Shown here piece by piece: positions 45,640 through 58,900 of a stretch of 64,000 bases of DNA. The DNA is taken from positions 7,564,001-7,628,000 of the forward strand of contig NC_086098.1 in assembly GCF_963921235.1 (NCBI RefSeq), written 5' to 3'. The DNA comes from Mobula hypostoma (Eukaryota). The translations under genes were made by a program, and so were the position numbers. A model generated the notes under the pieces. That model did no database searches. It had not been told where the DNA came from and saw only the letters and a list, made by a program, of their open reading frames with translations. Every line of letters starts with the position of its first letter. Within the stretch, counting starts at the first letter, position 1.

Positions 45640-47090
45640 GGAGTGGAAACTATAAACAGCTTCGAAATTTTGGGAGTGCACATCATGCACGACCTCATAA
45701 TCCCAGAACACATTCTACACAGTGGGAAAGATTTCTGAGTAGGCTTAGCCTATCTATACCCACGTACACATCAATATGACTTTCTAGAGATGTGCAGATG
45801 TGAGAATCCTAGCATGCTGTATCACTGTGTCACTGCTGGGAACAAAAGCTTTATTGTGGTGGACAGGAAGGCTCTACAACGGGAAATCAAAACTGCCCAA
45901 CGCATCAAGGACATACACACAGAAAAGTGCTGGTAAAAGGCCAGTAATATCATAAAGGGTCCTCCACCCACCGCCCCCCGCCCCCCCACCCTGACTACAC
46001 TCCTGCGTGAATTCCACTTATGCCACAATGCTGTTTCTGGATTTTGGATTTCCTGACCAACAGGCCTCAGATAGACAGGATGCACAGCCGTTCCTCCTTC
46101 CCCATCTTTCTCATCACAGGTGCCCCCCAGGGCTGTGCGCTGAGAACGTTGCTGTACACTTGGCTTACACACGACTGCACGGCCAAGCAATCACATCAAG
46201 TTCACCGACAGTAAGACAGTGGTGGGGCTCATCACCAACAATGATGAGATGACCTACAAAGAGGAGGTAGAAGAGCTCGAGGCCTGGTGCAGGCAAATAA
46301 CCTCTTCCTCAATGCCAACAAGACAACAGAGATGGTTATCAGCTTCAAGGTAACTCACCCCATTCACACCCCTCTTTACGTCAGCAGCACAGCAGGGGAA
46401 ACTGCAAGCAGTGTCAGACTCCTGGGTATGCACATCATGCACAACCTCTCATGGTCCCAAAATACGTCCTATTGTACGCAATCAAGAAAGCTCACCAATG
46501 CCTCTACTTTCTGAGGAGGCTGACGAGGGCTGAGCTGCACATCTATGCTCACATCATTCTATAGATGCGCAGTAGAGAGCATCCTAACAAACTGCATCGC
46601 TGCTTTGTATGGAAACTGCACAGTGGCAGACAGGAAAACTCTACAACAGGTAGTCAAAACTGCCCAACGCTTCACCGGCAGAAGCCATATATACAGACAT
46701 GTGAAAGGAAAGGACTAGTAGCATCATGAAGGACCCACCCATTCTGTTCATGGACTGGTTCTTCCAATCTTATCAGGGAGGAGGCTAAGTAGCATCCACA
46801 CCAGGAGCACCAAACTCAAAAACAATTAATTTCCCCAAGCAATAAAGCTGATAAACACCTCCACCCACTAACCCACCCTCCACACCCCCAACCACCATTA
46901 CTGTATCATTTTCTGTCATCACCTTATGTACCGACACTCCTGTGCCTAGCCCCACTTCTGTGGATGTACAATCATTCTTTGTATATAAGCTGTTATATGT
47001 ATTCATATCTATTGTGTTTTATTTTAAGATTATGTTTTATTTTTATGCTACATTGGATCCAGAGTAACATTTCTTTCTCTTTACACTTGT
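45640..47090 (+). mobile_element. Two tandem degenerate Rex1/Babar RT fragments
   Basis: WILDFLTNRPQ, TGAPQGCAL, CQANNLFLNANKTTEMVISF, LLGMHIMHNLSWS; 45640-45960 resembles 46395-46740. Confidence 0.8.
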
Positions 47091-47142
47091 GTACTGAGTT
47101 GGACAATCCACAGTAGGGGTGCGTGAGAACAACTACCTTTTA

Positions 47143-48218
47143 ATCAGAATCAGGTTTATTATCACTGGCATGTGACGTGAAGTTTGTTAACTTAGAAGCA
47201 GCAGTTCAACGCAATACATAATCTAGCAGAGAAAAAAAATAATAATAAATAAACAAGTAAATCATTATGTATATTGAATAGATTTTTTAAAATGTGCAAA
47301 AATAGAAATACTGTGTATCAAAAAAAAAAGTGAGGTAGTGTCCAAAGCTTCAATGTCTGTTTAGGAATCGGATGGCAGAAGGGAAGAAGCTGTACCTGAA
47401 TCACTGAGTGTGTGCCTTCTGTACCTCCTACCTGATGGTAACAGTGAGAAAAGGGCATACCCTGGGTGCTGGAGGTCCTTAATAATGGACGCTGACTTTC
47501 TGAGACACCGCTCCCTAAAGATGTCCTGGGTACTTTGTAGGCTAGTACCCAAGATGGAGCTGACTAGATTTACAACCTTCTGCAGCTTCTTTCGGTCCTG
47601 TGCAGTAGCCCCTCTGTACCAGACAGTGATGCAGCCTGTCAGAATGCTCTCCATGGTACAACTATAGAAGTTTTTGAGCGTATTTGTTGACATACCAAAT
47701 CTCTTTAAACTCCTAATGAAGTATAGCCGCTGTCTTGCCTTCTTTATGACTACATGCAAGCAGGCTTTTTCCACTGAGGCAAGGGGAGAAAAAAACCAGA
47801 GGACATGGGTTAAGGGTGAGGGGGGGAAAAGTTTAAAGGGAACATTAGGGGGGGCTTCTTCATGCAGAGAGTGGTGGGAGTGTGGAATGAGCTGCCAGAC
47901 GAGGTGGTAAATGCGAGTTCTTTTTTAACATTTAAGAATAAATTGGACAGATACATGGATGGGAGGTGTATGGAGGGATATGGTCCGTGTGCAGGTCAGT
48001 GGGACTAGGCAGAAAATGGTACAGCACAGCCAAGAAGGGCCAAAAGGCCTGTTTCTGTGCTGTAGTTTTTCTATGGTTTCTATGGTTTCTACATCGATAT
48101 TTTGGGACCAGGTTAGATCCTCAGAGATCTTGTCACTCAGGAACTTGAAGCTGCTCACCCTCCCCACTTCTGATCCCTCTGTGAGGATTGATATGTGCTC
48201 TTTCGTCTTACCCTTCTT
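47143..48218 (-). mobile_element. Rex1/Babar LINE fragment containing a CR1 insertion
   Basis: RVSSFKFLSDKISEDLTWS...KKARQRLYFIRSLKRFG...; (CTGATT)n tail. Confidence 0.88.
47756..48087 (+). mobile_element. CR1 3' fragment nested in Rex1
   Basis: TSD CTACAT at 47750-47755 and 48088-48093; (TTTCTATGG)n tail. Confidence 0.8.
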
Positions 48219-48730
48219 GATCAGGGTGCCGATCGACGTTATGAAGGCAGAGTTTCGTGGCAGTTTTTCTGATTTGAGGAGTGACCAATCAGCAAACAGC
48301 TGTACGTAAAAAGAGCTGCCTTTCAGTCAGGTCCGCGTTCAAGGTTTAAAAAGCAGAGCTTCGAGCCAGTTTTCTCTGAGTTGGACAATCCACACAAGGG
48401 GTGCGTGAAAATAGCTACTTTTCAATCAGGGCGATGATCGAGATTTTGACGGCAGAGTTTTGTGGCAGTTTTACTGATTTGAAGAACAACCAGTCTGCAA
48501 GAAGGATCGATTAGAAAGGGCCAATCAGAATAATTCAAGAGCAAGCCGAGCGGCTGTTCTTGGAGTGGACATTCACCCGGAGCGTGATCATGCTTTGGCT
48601 CATCAGGCTTGGTTGAGGTACATTGTCTTGTAAGTTGCTCTCTCTCTGTCTTTAGGTGTTCACTCCAGATCTGTTAGGGCATAGTAGATTAATGACAGTG
48701 CCTCTGGGGGCAGTGCTTTGTACTGTGTGT
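48219..48730 (+). mobile_element. Probable CR1 5' UTR with tandem promoter-like monomers and ORF1 start
   Basis: ~208 bp repeated unit (ATCAGGG...GGCAGAGTTT..GTGGCAGTTTT.CTGATTTGA) with CCAATCAG; ATG...AVLCTVC zinc-finger-like start near 48692. Confidence 0.55.
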
Positions 48731-51700
48731 GTACTTGACCAGAGAGTGGCGAATCTGTGGAAGTCTTTGCCACAGTTGGCTGTGAAGGTTGAGACTTTAT
48801 GTATATTTAAGGCAGAGGTTGATGAATTCTTGATTGGTCAGAGCATGAAGGGATATGGGGGGAAGGCAGGAGATTGGTGTTGAGAGGAAAATTGTATCAG
48901 CCATAACGAAATAGTGCAGCAGACTCGATGGGGCAAATGGCCTAATTCTGCTCCTATATCTTATAATGGCTGGGGTCACCTGTCTTGTAAAGACACTGCC
49001 AAGGAGAAGGCAAAAATTGCCAAGAATAATCATGGTCCTGGAAAGACCATGGTCACCCATGTCATATGACATGACAAGTAATGATGATGACTGACGAATG
49101 ACTCTAATTCAAATCAATTCAATTCAAGTTTCATTGTCATTCAACCGTACAGGAATACTCGTGAATACAGCTAAACAAGACAGCATTACTCTGGGGCTGA
49201 GGTGCTAAAAATGCAGTACCAACAGTCACACTCAAGAACACATTCATGGAATAAAAGGTCCCCTCCCTCCACTGCTTGAAGCCCAGACCTTTCACATACA
49301 AACCAATATAGAATATCAGTAACCGAATACAATGACGTCATAAAATCTGTAATCTTGAATCTTGAAATCAAATCTGTGAATCCTAAATGTTTATAATGAA
49401 TCTGTATATTATTACTTTAATTTAACTTTTCCAGAAATTACATTGTCAGGTAGATTAGATAAAGTGAGTTGCCTTATGCTTACAGATGAGATTTTCTTGT
49501 TTCTGTGCACAACATCAAATTTATTCAGAAGTTGTCTGGAAAGAACCAAATGATGCAATTAAGTGCGTCAAATTTAGTTGAATGCCCCCTGCACTCACAA
49601 GCATTCACAAAGACAATGTAAGTTCTAGAGATAATTGCCTGTGTTGGGGTTAGGCTCAGAGTCATGCATCAGGATGTCAGATCTTATTTGTGGTAGTCTG
49701 GAAATTACATTTTCCTGTCAAATGGAAGAGAAGTGTTTGGACAATGGATTTAGGCCACTGAGCTCACTGTACGAGTTCAAACACAAGGCAAACAGTGCTG
49801 CACTTTTTACTTAAATCACAATTAAGGATATGCCTTCTCGTGAATTGCTGACCACGAGTCAAAATAATCAAAGGAATTTGAGAAAACGTTTAAGTATATG
49901 AGTTCAGAATCTCTCGCTAATTCCAGGAGAGGGAATCTTCTTTAATTAGTATTCTTAGAGATACAGCATAATAACAGGCCCTTCCCGGCCCCACGATCCC
50001 ACGCTGCCCGATTACACCCCTCTGACCAATTAACCTCCTAACCCGTGTGTCTTTGGAATGTGGGAGGAAAACGCAGCAGCCTGAAAGTCCGGGTGGACAC
50101 AGGGAGAAGATACAAACTCCTTATGGACAGCGATGAAATTGAACCCAGGTCACTATGGCAAAATCTGGAGAGAGTTATTGGAAAAAGGGGGTATACATTC
50201 GGATTAGTGTAAATGAATGTCTAATGGCTGTCACAGACTCAATGTGCCAAAGAGCCTGATTCTTTCCAGAATGAGTCTAAGGCCGTCAATAAACCAATTA
50301 ACCCAGAAGAAGATGGCACAATGAACAGCACTACCTCTTCCAGACTGTCCACAAAACTGGTTCTTTCACTGCTTTTACATTGTCTTTTTCTTTTAAATGT
50401 TCTCTGGTACAGTTTGATGGTGTGCTCTCAGGTCGACTGAGCAACCTGGTGCTTTTCTGTCCCCGAGAGGGTTCCAGGAGGTGAGTGGCCTTTGAGGCGA
50501 AGATTCCTAGTGAGCCAGTAATTGACTCCATTTCTCAGGGATCTCGCTGAAAGCCGAGCAGCTGTTGAATACCATCTACCAGCCTCCTGCTCACTGCTTC
50601 CGGAGGAAACTGTCGGCGTGTGACCACCTCTCCCTCCCTCTCGCTCATTGCTCCTGAAGGAAGGCCCCTGTGTTCGAATGATCTCTCTCCCTCCCTCGAT
50701 GCTGTTGGAGGCCTGCAGGTAATGAACACTCAGCTGAGCTGAGCCTTCAACTTTGCATTTATTTTCTGTGTTTCCTTGCTCTTTCTTGTGCTGTTTGTGT
50801 GATTTGCTTTTTTGTGCATGGGGGGGATGGGGTGATGTTTTTCTTTGAACAGATTCCATTGCTTTCTTTGTATCATGACTGAGGATGAACCTTAGGGTTG
50901 TACAGTGCATACACACTTTGAAATCAATGTACTTTGAACATAATTGAATGGAAAAATCAAGGGAAGCTTTTCTGGAAGGGCTCATTCGTCAAGCAGCAAC
51001 TGGAGAGGCAAAGGAATGATTGATGTTTCAGCTTAGGACCCTGCATCAGGGCTGAAGGTAAAGATTTAAATACAAAATTATTTATTTATCACATGAATAT
51101 TAAGATTAACAGTGAAATGTGTCACTTGCATTAATAACCACCACAATTTAAGGATGTTCTGGGTGCAGCCCTGAGGAGCCACCACACATTCCAGCAACAA
51201 TGCAGCATGCCACAGTGCATGGCAGTAAAACACAGAGTAAAACAAAGCAAACCCACCAGGCGACAGAATGACAGCAGCAAAACAAACCCCGTTCCTCTGT
51301 CCTTCCCAGCCAGCCGCACACATAAACCGAGCTCCAAATCCAGCACAGGCCTCCAGCCTTCATGTTTTGGCTATCGGGCCTCCACTCCTAGGCTTTCGAT
51401 CAACCTTCAGTATCGACCCCTGGACTAGCTGATAATAGGATCCCAAACTCCAGACCAGCTCTCGGAGTGCCGACTAACCAGCCCTCATGTTCCTGGTCAC
51501 TGGCCTTCGAGCAGGGTGCTGAGGCCAGGTCTGCAGATCACTCATCCACCGCACTGGCCCTCAAAGGCAGTGCAGTGGCTCGGACTGCGGATAACCGTCA
51601 TTACCTGTCCAGGTCACTGGTCTTCAAACATGGAAAGTGGAGCGTATAGCGCAGGCAAGGCCTAGATCTCCTCCAAATCTCTGTCCGTAAACCGTAATCA

Positions 51701-51752
51701 AAACTCTATCTTCCCCACATCACTGACCCTAAGCCCTAAACTGATCCCTAAG

Positions 51753-52437
51753 GAGGAGGAGAAGATGGCGGCGCGACACAGCGCGCACGACCACTTCGGT
51801 GGTGAAGTCTGCTATTTGTCAAGTAGGGGACCGTGCACAATTCTGATTCGATGGAGACAGACGTGAGAGTATGGAGGAACATCTGGAGAAACTTCTGAAA
51901 TGCCCGCTTCGCTGCCGCTGTTACTGTGTGGTCCGGAATCTCCGGAGGAGAATGCTCCGAATCCTCGGCTTTGCTTGTTTCTGCGGCCGGGCGAGGTCGA
52001 AGGCACTCGGTAGAGGATGGCTCTCGGGAGGCTGTATCGGAGGGGCTGGTCGGAGGCTCGAAGTTTTCGGATGGACGGACTCAGTGTCGGCTGTGGTCGG
52101 GTGCTTCCAATGCATCTGCAGTTGTCAGTGCCTGGAGGTTTATGGCAGGGAGTTTCTCCCTTTGCTGTCTGCTATCGGGGACTCGGGAGCCGATTGACTC
52201 GGGACTTTGAGACTTTTTTTTAACCGTGCCCATGGTCTGTTCTTTATCAAATTATGGTATTATTTTGCACTGCTGTAACTATATGTTATAATTATGTGGT
52301 TCTGTCAGTGTTAGTCTTTCATTTGTCCTGTTTTTCTGTGATATCACTCTGGAGGAACATTGTATCATTTATTAATACATGCATGCATTTCTAAATGACA
52401 ATAAACGAGGACTGAGTGTTCTCATAATCTAATCTAA
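51753..52437 (+). mobile_element. Non-autonomous ~0.65 kb retroposon, copy 2 (related subfamily)
   Basis: GGAGAAGATGGCGGCG start and CATAATCTAATCTAA tail; colinear with 8075-8680. Confidence 0.8.
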
Positions 52438-53109
52438 AAAGTCTCCTCTCTGTCCTCAAAACCATCTCCCTACAAACTTAAAAAATGATTGAGTCTGAGC
52501 CATGATTTCACAAGAGACTGCAGTTCAGTGCCATCTTTAAAAATATATAGAAGGAAGATAGCCAGAGTACACTGTAGATGCGAGAGGAAGGGAAGGGACT
52601 GGGATTGACAGCTGTGCGTAGCCCAGATCAGGGGAGGGATGGGGGTTGTGATGGATATACTGAGCCAAGTAGCTTTGGTCTGAAAAACAATTTTTCTGTC
52701 TCTAAATTACAAAGTTCAATAAGTTGAGCCCCAGTGTAGTTTTTTTTTGATGAGGTTATCAAGAGGATGAATTATTTTGAAAAAAGTCTGACAATACAAG
52801 ATAAAATTATATCAAAATATGCAGACAAGGAAGTAAATTATATCAGGATACAGAGTAATTCAGTTGCTATTTAATAAGACGTTGACCTTTAACACTTGTG
52901 TATGATAGAATCCACTCGCAATATTGTGAGCCTCAGAATTGATGCCCTGAACCTTTATGGTATTTTATAAAGCTTTTCAAGCTGTGTATAGCCTTCTGAC
53001 CATTTTTGTCACACCAATATGAGCTGTAATTATAAAGGAAGCATTTTCCCCCGCAGTGAATATATAAAAGATATAAATTTACCACAAATGTTTATATTTA
53101 TGTACTTAT

Positions 53110-53377
53110 TGAGATACAATGTGAAATAGGTCCTTCCAGCCTTTCAAGCCACGCTGCCAGCAATCCCCAATTTAACCCTAGACTAAACACATGACAATTG
53201 GCAATGACCATTTAATGTACCAGTCGGTACGTCTTTGGACTGTGGGAGGGGACCAGAGCGCCGGAGGAAACCCACGCGGTCACAGGGAGAGTGTACAAGC
53301 GTCTTACAGGCAGTGGTGGGAATTGAACCCGGGTCACTGGTACTGTAAAGCTTTGTGCTAACCGCTATGCTACTGTG
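53110..53377 (-). mobile_element. V-SINE (HE1-like) tRNA-derived SINE
   Basis: Reverse strand: TAGCATAGCGG A box, GGGTTCAATTCC B box, V-domain-like GCGTGGGTTTCCTCCGG...CCCACAGTCCAAAGAC; degenerate relatives near 4830-5025, 49955-50155 and 61075-61178. Confidence 0.8.
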
Positions 53378-53466
53378 ATACGGGTGTAAGAGTTGGCTTT
53401 CTGTGTTTGTGCAGTATAAAAGGTTTGACCCGTCCTTTTGTGCTCATGTCCTAGGCATCAACAACT

Positions 53467-53700
53467 TGTGGTAAACCATATATATATGTTGTAACTGGGT
53501 TACCTGTCCGGACACGCCCCTCTGCTGACTGCCTCTGTGGCTCCTCCCACAGACCCCCGAATAAAGGCCATTGGGCCATGGCTCCTCCTCTCAGTCCAGG
53601 GGCAGATACTCAGCATGATGGAGGTCACATTTTACTGCTAATAAAAGCCTTTCAGTATTTACTCTACTTCCAGTCTTTTGGAGTTATTGATGGTGCATCA
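53467..53700 (+). mobile_element. Solo LTR of the same Gypsy family as 1-3491
   Basis: Colinear with 3261-3491; TG...CA termini; perfect 5-bp TSD CAACT (53462-53466 and 53701-53705). Confidence 0.93.
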
Positions 53701-54769
53701 CAACTAATATTATGACATATCTTCTTGTTAAGCCCATTGCCCCTACTGGGGCAAAGGCCGCTGACAGCAGTTCACCAGAATCCTCTGTCCTTGGGTATTC
53801 TTTCATGTATAAATGATCTTTTTGGTGAATCTTTCCTCTCCCTGGGATAATGTCTCCAGAGCTTCTGTTGACGTTTTTGTAGCTCTGATTTCTTATGCGA
53901 TGGGGTTGCTAGCCCCACGTCCAACCCTCCTCCTTTTGCAGCCAGGGTCGGAACTGTCCATGGTGGAGTTCATAATAGAACATATAAACAGGAGTTATTC
54001 TCCATATAATCAGTAGCTGTGAGAATGAGGAGCTGCAAGGTTCAAGGTTCAAGACATTGTTTAATGTCATTTCCAGTACACAAGCAATAAAGGAGAACAA
54101 ATAATGGTTACTCCAGATCCAATGCAGCACCAAAAAAAACACAATAAGATAAAGAACACAATAATAATAAACATACAATCAATATAAATACATAAAATAT
54201 ATTCATAGATTGACTGTATGTCCATAAAGTGACGATAGGCACAGGAGCATCTGTTTACAAGGTGACTCCAACAGGAAATGATAAAGTAGTAATGGCTGGG
54301 GGTGTGGAGGGCTGGGTCAGTGGGTGGAGGTGTTGATCATCCTTACTGCTTGGGGAAAGGAACTGCTTTTGAGTTTGGTGTTTCTGGCGTGGATGCTACA
54401 TAACCTCCTCCCTGATGGGAGTCAGATAAACAGCCCATGAGCAGGGTGGGTAGAAGCTCCATCTTATTAAAATCTCTTTCAACAGTGTCTTTAAAAATCT
54501 CTTTAACCTCTGTAACCAAGTATATCTTGCTAAAAATAATCAGAAGCAGCTTGTGAGCTGAAAAAAGAGTATTTAGACTTCTCTGGTTCAATTTGATCCA
54601 GTAAACTAGCACCAGATTTTGAAGATGCTGGAAAACTTGGTGGTCAATGTGCAGGAAGTACAATAGCCTTAGGGCCCAGGCCACAGGTTCAGCAGCCTTA
54701 GGGCCCAGGCCACAGGTTCAGCAACTGTTATTAGCAATTAGGTTCAGGAATTCATTGAAGAAAAACAAG

Positions 54770-55765
54770 CAGTGTAGACAAAGGCAAATTGGTTGATAGT
54801 GTGTACTTGGATTTTCAGAAGGCTTAAAACCCATGGTACAAGCCCATAGTATTACAGGAAAGTTTCTAGCTGATTGGCAGAAGGCAAAGGGTGGGAATAA
54901 AGTGAGCTTTTTCTGATTGGCTCCTGGTGTCTATATGAAGATATGTGGAGGGGCAGGTAGCAGAACAGCTGCAGAAGGACTGAGACAGATTAAGAGAATG
55001 GGCAAAGCAGTGGCAGATGGAATACTGTGTCAGGAAGTGTATGGTCATGCAAATGACTATTTTCTAAATGGACAGAAAATTCAAAAATCTGAGGTGCAGA
55101 GGGACTTGGATTCCCTAAAGGTTAGTTTGCAGGTTAAGTCAGTGGTGAGGAAGGCAAGTGTGGACTAGAATATAAAAGCAAGGATGTAATGTTAAAGCTT
55201 TTGAAGCACTGGTGAGGCCTCGCTTGGGGTATTGTGAGAAGTGTGGGCCCTTATTTAAGAAAGATGTGCTGATACTGGAGGGGTTTCAAAGGAGCTTCAT
55301 GAAAAAGGTTCCAGTTTTGAATGGCTTGTCCTATGAAGAGTGCTTGATGGCTCTGAGCCTGTATTCTCTAGAATTTACAAGAATAAGGGGTTACCTCATT
55401 GAACCCTATTGAATGTGGAAAGGCCTCGATATAGTGAATGTGGAGAGAGTCCTGTGGTGGGAGAGTCTAAGACCAGAGAACACAGCCTCAGAACAGAGGG
55501 ACATCCTTTTGGAACTGAAGTGAAGAGGTATTTCTTTAGCCAGAATCTATGGAATTTGTTGCCACAGGCAGCTGTGGAGGCCTGAACTTTATGTATATTT
55601 AAGGCTAAGTTTTATGAATTCTTGATTGGTCAGGGCATGAAGGAATACAGGGAGAAGGCAGGAGATTGGGGCTGAGAGCGAAAAGGATCAGTCATGATGA
55701 AATTGCGGAGCAGATTCAATGAACCAAATGGCCTAATTTTGCTCCTATGTCTTATGGTCTTATTA
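54770..55765 (+). mobile_element. Old degenerate CR1 fragment
   Basis: VYLDFQKA, EVQRDL, LVRPRLGYC and YSLEFTRIRG remnants. Confidence 0.8.
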
Positions 55766-56679
55766 TCCTTTAACCATTAGGCTCCTGAACAAATGTGGAT
55801 AACTTCACTCACCTCAACACTGAAATGATCATTGAAAAGACTCACTTTCAAGGACTCTGCAACTCGTCTTCTTTGTTTTAGTCACCTATCTATCTCCTGT
55901 TACACATTGGTTGTTCGTCAGTCTTTGCGTGTAGTTTTTCTCTGGCTCTATTGTATTTCTTTGATCATCAGTTTACTTTGAACTTTGTACTCAGCAAGTC
56001 AGCTGGTGTCTATGGAGAGGAATAAACTGGTGATGTTTCAGGATTCATGAATCCTGATGAAGGATTTCAGCTAGAAAAGCCAACTGCTGCCTGTCTCGCT
56101 GAATTTCTCCAGTGTTTTGTGTGTGTTACTCTTTAAACTAACAACCTGTGCAGTTGCTTCAGCAGGCTCAGGTGATTCTTTACATCTAGAACTTGTAAAA
56201 AATTTAACTGTTCAGAAGATGAAGGGCTTGATTTCTTGCATGGTTTCCCATGCTTTTCGAGAAAGTGGGAAGAGGCAGCAAAAATCCCAGAAAAGCATGC
56301 TTCTTTCTTGATTTCTTCTCCAAGACCATTACCCTCACAAGTTAACCTACTGCCACCATTTCAAAAACTACGAGGACATTGTGTGAGGGGAATAGACAAT
56401 GGGCACATTTGAAGTGAGGCTTTATTTACCATTCCTTGCCTAGTGGTGACTAGGTCTAGTTTCTCACCTATTTTCCATTCTGATAATGTTCTCAAACATG
56501 GCAGTGTAAGGTAAAGTTACCAGTTTGGTATCGATCCAGAGAATCCAGGAAATTTAATTCAGCTAATTAAGTAAACCAGTAATGAAACAATTGTGCCTTC
56601 AATGGCAACTACAAAACTGGTTCATTGTGATAGTTACTGACACATTTCGCCATATATTTCGATGTTCTGATGTGTGATT

Positions 56680-57068
56680 ATGAAGACACGTAGTCCTCTT
56701 TTATTGTCATTTAGTAACGCATGCATTAAGAAATGATACATTATTTCCTCCAGTGTGATATCACAAAACACAGTGTAACAATACCATAACTTGATGAAGA
56801 AGTCCATGAGCACAGTAAAGTTCAAAGTCTTTCAAATGTCCCACATCTCACACAGACGGGAGAAGGAAGAAAAACTCTCCCTGTCATACCGACCACAATC
56901 CGACTCTGAGTCATCCGAAAACTTCGAGCTCTGATCAGCTCTCCGACACCGAGTACTGAGCGCCATCTCTGTCCGAACGATCCAACCTCCTTCTCGGTCG
57001 CCAAAAGCAGGCAAGGCCGGGGATTTTGAGGCCTACCCTCCAAAAGATTCCCGACCACACAGTAACGA
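56680..57068 (-). mobile_element. 5'-truncated copy of the (AATCT)-tailed retroposon
   Basis: Similar to 57780-58230. Confidence 0.75.
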
Positions 57069-57120
57069 TTGTACATGTGACAAATAAAGCTCATCTTTAA
57101 ATCTTTATAATATTTTCTTG

Positions 57121-57325
57121 AGCAACACGCACAAAATTCTGGAGGAACTCAGCAGATCAGGCAGCATCCATGGGAATGACTCGGGCCGAGACACTTTATC
57201 AATCCTGATGAAGGGACTTGGCCTAAAAATTCAACTGTTCATTCATTTCCTTAGATGCTACCTGGCCTGCTAAGTTCCTCCAGCATTTTGTGAGTGTTGC
57301 TTTGGATTTCCAGCATCTGCAGAAT
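57121..57325. mobile_element. Fold-back (inverted) Penelope pseudo-LTR element
   Basis: Arms GCAACACGCACAAAATTCTGGAGGAACTCAGCAG and CTGCTAAGTTCCTCCAGCATTTTGTGAGTGTTGC around a decayed CTGATGA motif. Confidence 0.75.
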
Positions 57326-57777
57326 CTAATATGCCTTGAGCAATGGCTTACTGTAAGTTTACAAGACTTCCATTCTAGCCCCTTCTATATCATTGCTTTC
57401 CATCACATAAGAAGTGTTTTCTCATTGGAGAATTCTTTCTTCCATTGCAAGACAAAGTACCACAAGCTGTGTTGAATATTAATAGACAAGTTAATGAAAA
57501 TTGGTACACTAACTGCCAAATTCAATTCTTTCCATTTTGAAGAAAGTTCATGCATATTATCCACTGATCACTGGTTGGTGGTGTAGGAGAAATACTCTTC
57601 CACATTGCAGACTAAAGATGCCAAAATTAATGTTGAAGTACAATTATCAAACTACTTATTTCAGCTTTGTGGTTGAAAATGGAATTGAATGTATTTTTCA
57701 ATAAGTAAATATACTATATATGCATGTATTATTTATTCTTTTAATATAATATACTGTATGTATATTTTTGGAATACT

Positions 57778-58398
57778 TAGATTATGAGGACACGCAGTCC
57801 TCTTTTATTGTCATTTAGTAATGCATACATTAAGAAATGATACAATATTCCTCCAGTGTGATATCACAGAAACACAGGACACACCAAGACTGAAAAACTA
57901 ACAAATACCACATCATTATAACATATAGTTACAACAATGCAACAATACCATAGCTTGATGAAGAACAGGCCATGGGCACAGTAAAAAAGTTCAAAGTCTC
58001 TCGAAAGTCCCACATCTCACACAGACGGGAGAAGGAAGAAAACTCTCCCTGCCATGCCCGACCACAGACCGACTCTGAGAAGTCCGAAAACTTCGAGCTC
58101 TGATCAGCCCTCCGACACCGAGTACCGAGTACCATCTTTGCTGAATGCTTTGACCTCGGCCTCGGTCGCCAGCAGCAGCCAAAGCCAGGGATTTTGGGGT
58201 CTTCCCTCCGAAGATTCTCGATCGCACAGTAGCAGCGGCAGCGAACCGGGCATTTCAGAAATTTCTCCAGATGTTCCTCTGTGCCCTCTCACATCTGTCT
58301 CCATCAAATCAGAATTGTGCACGGCCCCTGTTTAACAAATACGATATCGTTTCACCGGAGAGCTGCACACGCTGCGTCGCACCGCCATCTTCTCCTCC
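57778..58398 (-). mobile_element. Non-autonomous ~0.6 kb retroposon, copy 3
   Basis: Reverse complement of 8075-8680. Confidence 0.82.
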
Positions 58399-58444
58399 CA
58401 CCTGATTTATTGACTTAAATTATTTTTATATATTTCTTTTTGTA

Positions 58445-58900
58445 CAGTACTGTGTAAAAGTCTCAGGTACATCTATGCAATAAGGGTCCCCAAGACCTTT
58501 GCAGAATATTGTCTTTATGAACATGGAGCAGAGAACGAGTTTGTAAACCTGTCAGGAACAAAGGATGGATGTTGGGAATTTGGAGGGTGGAGCATTGCGG
58601 GAGGGTTGTGGAACAGGTGGAGGAGAAGGAGAACCAGGGTCAGGAGGTGCAGACACACCCAGCCCTGAGACACCAGGCAAGGTCATTTGATTCCAAACAA
58701 TTGGTTTATTGATCATTACAGAATGTCTCTCTGTTGCTTCCTGCTCTCTCCTCTCTCCCTTCCCCTTTTCCTAAGCATGATTCCCTACCCCCTTCCTACT
58801 CTCAGTCCACAATAGAGACCCATATCAGAATCAGGTTTATCATCACTCACATATATCATGAAATTTGTTTTTTTTTGTGGCAGCAGTACAGTGCAATGCT
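58445..58900 (+). mobile_element. Hairpin-bounded composite element, copy 3 (3' hairpin lost)
   Basis: CAGTACTGTGTAAAAGTCT...AAGACCTTTGCAGAATATTG hairpin followed by the same body as copies 1 and 2. Confidence 0.7.

Noticed and set aside
51020..51055. Minus-strand hammerhead-like motif CTGATGC...GAAAC
   Set aside because: The core A9 is mutated and stem II is mismatched; it is a decayed Penelope remnant.
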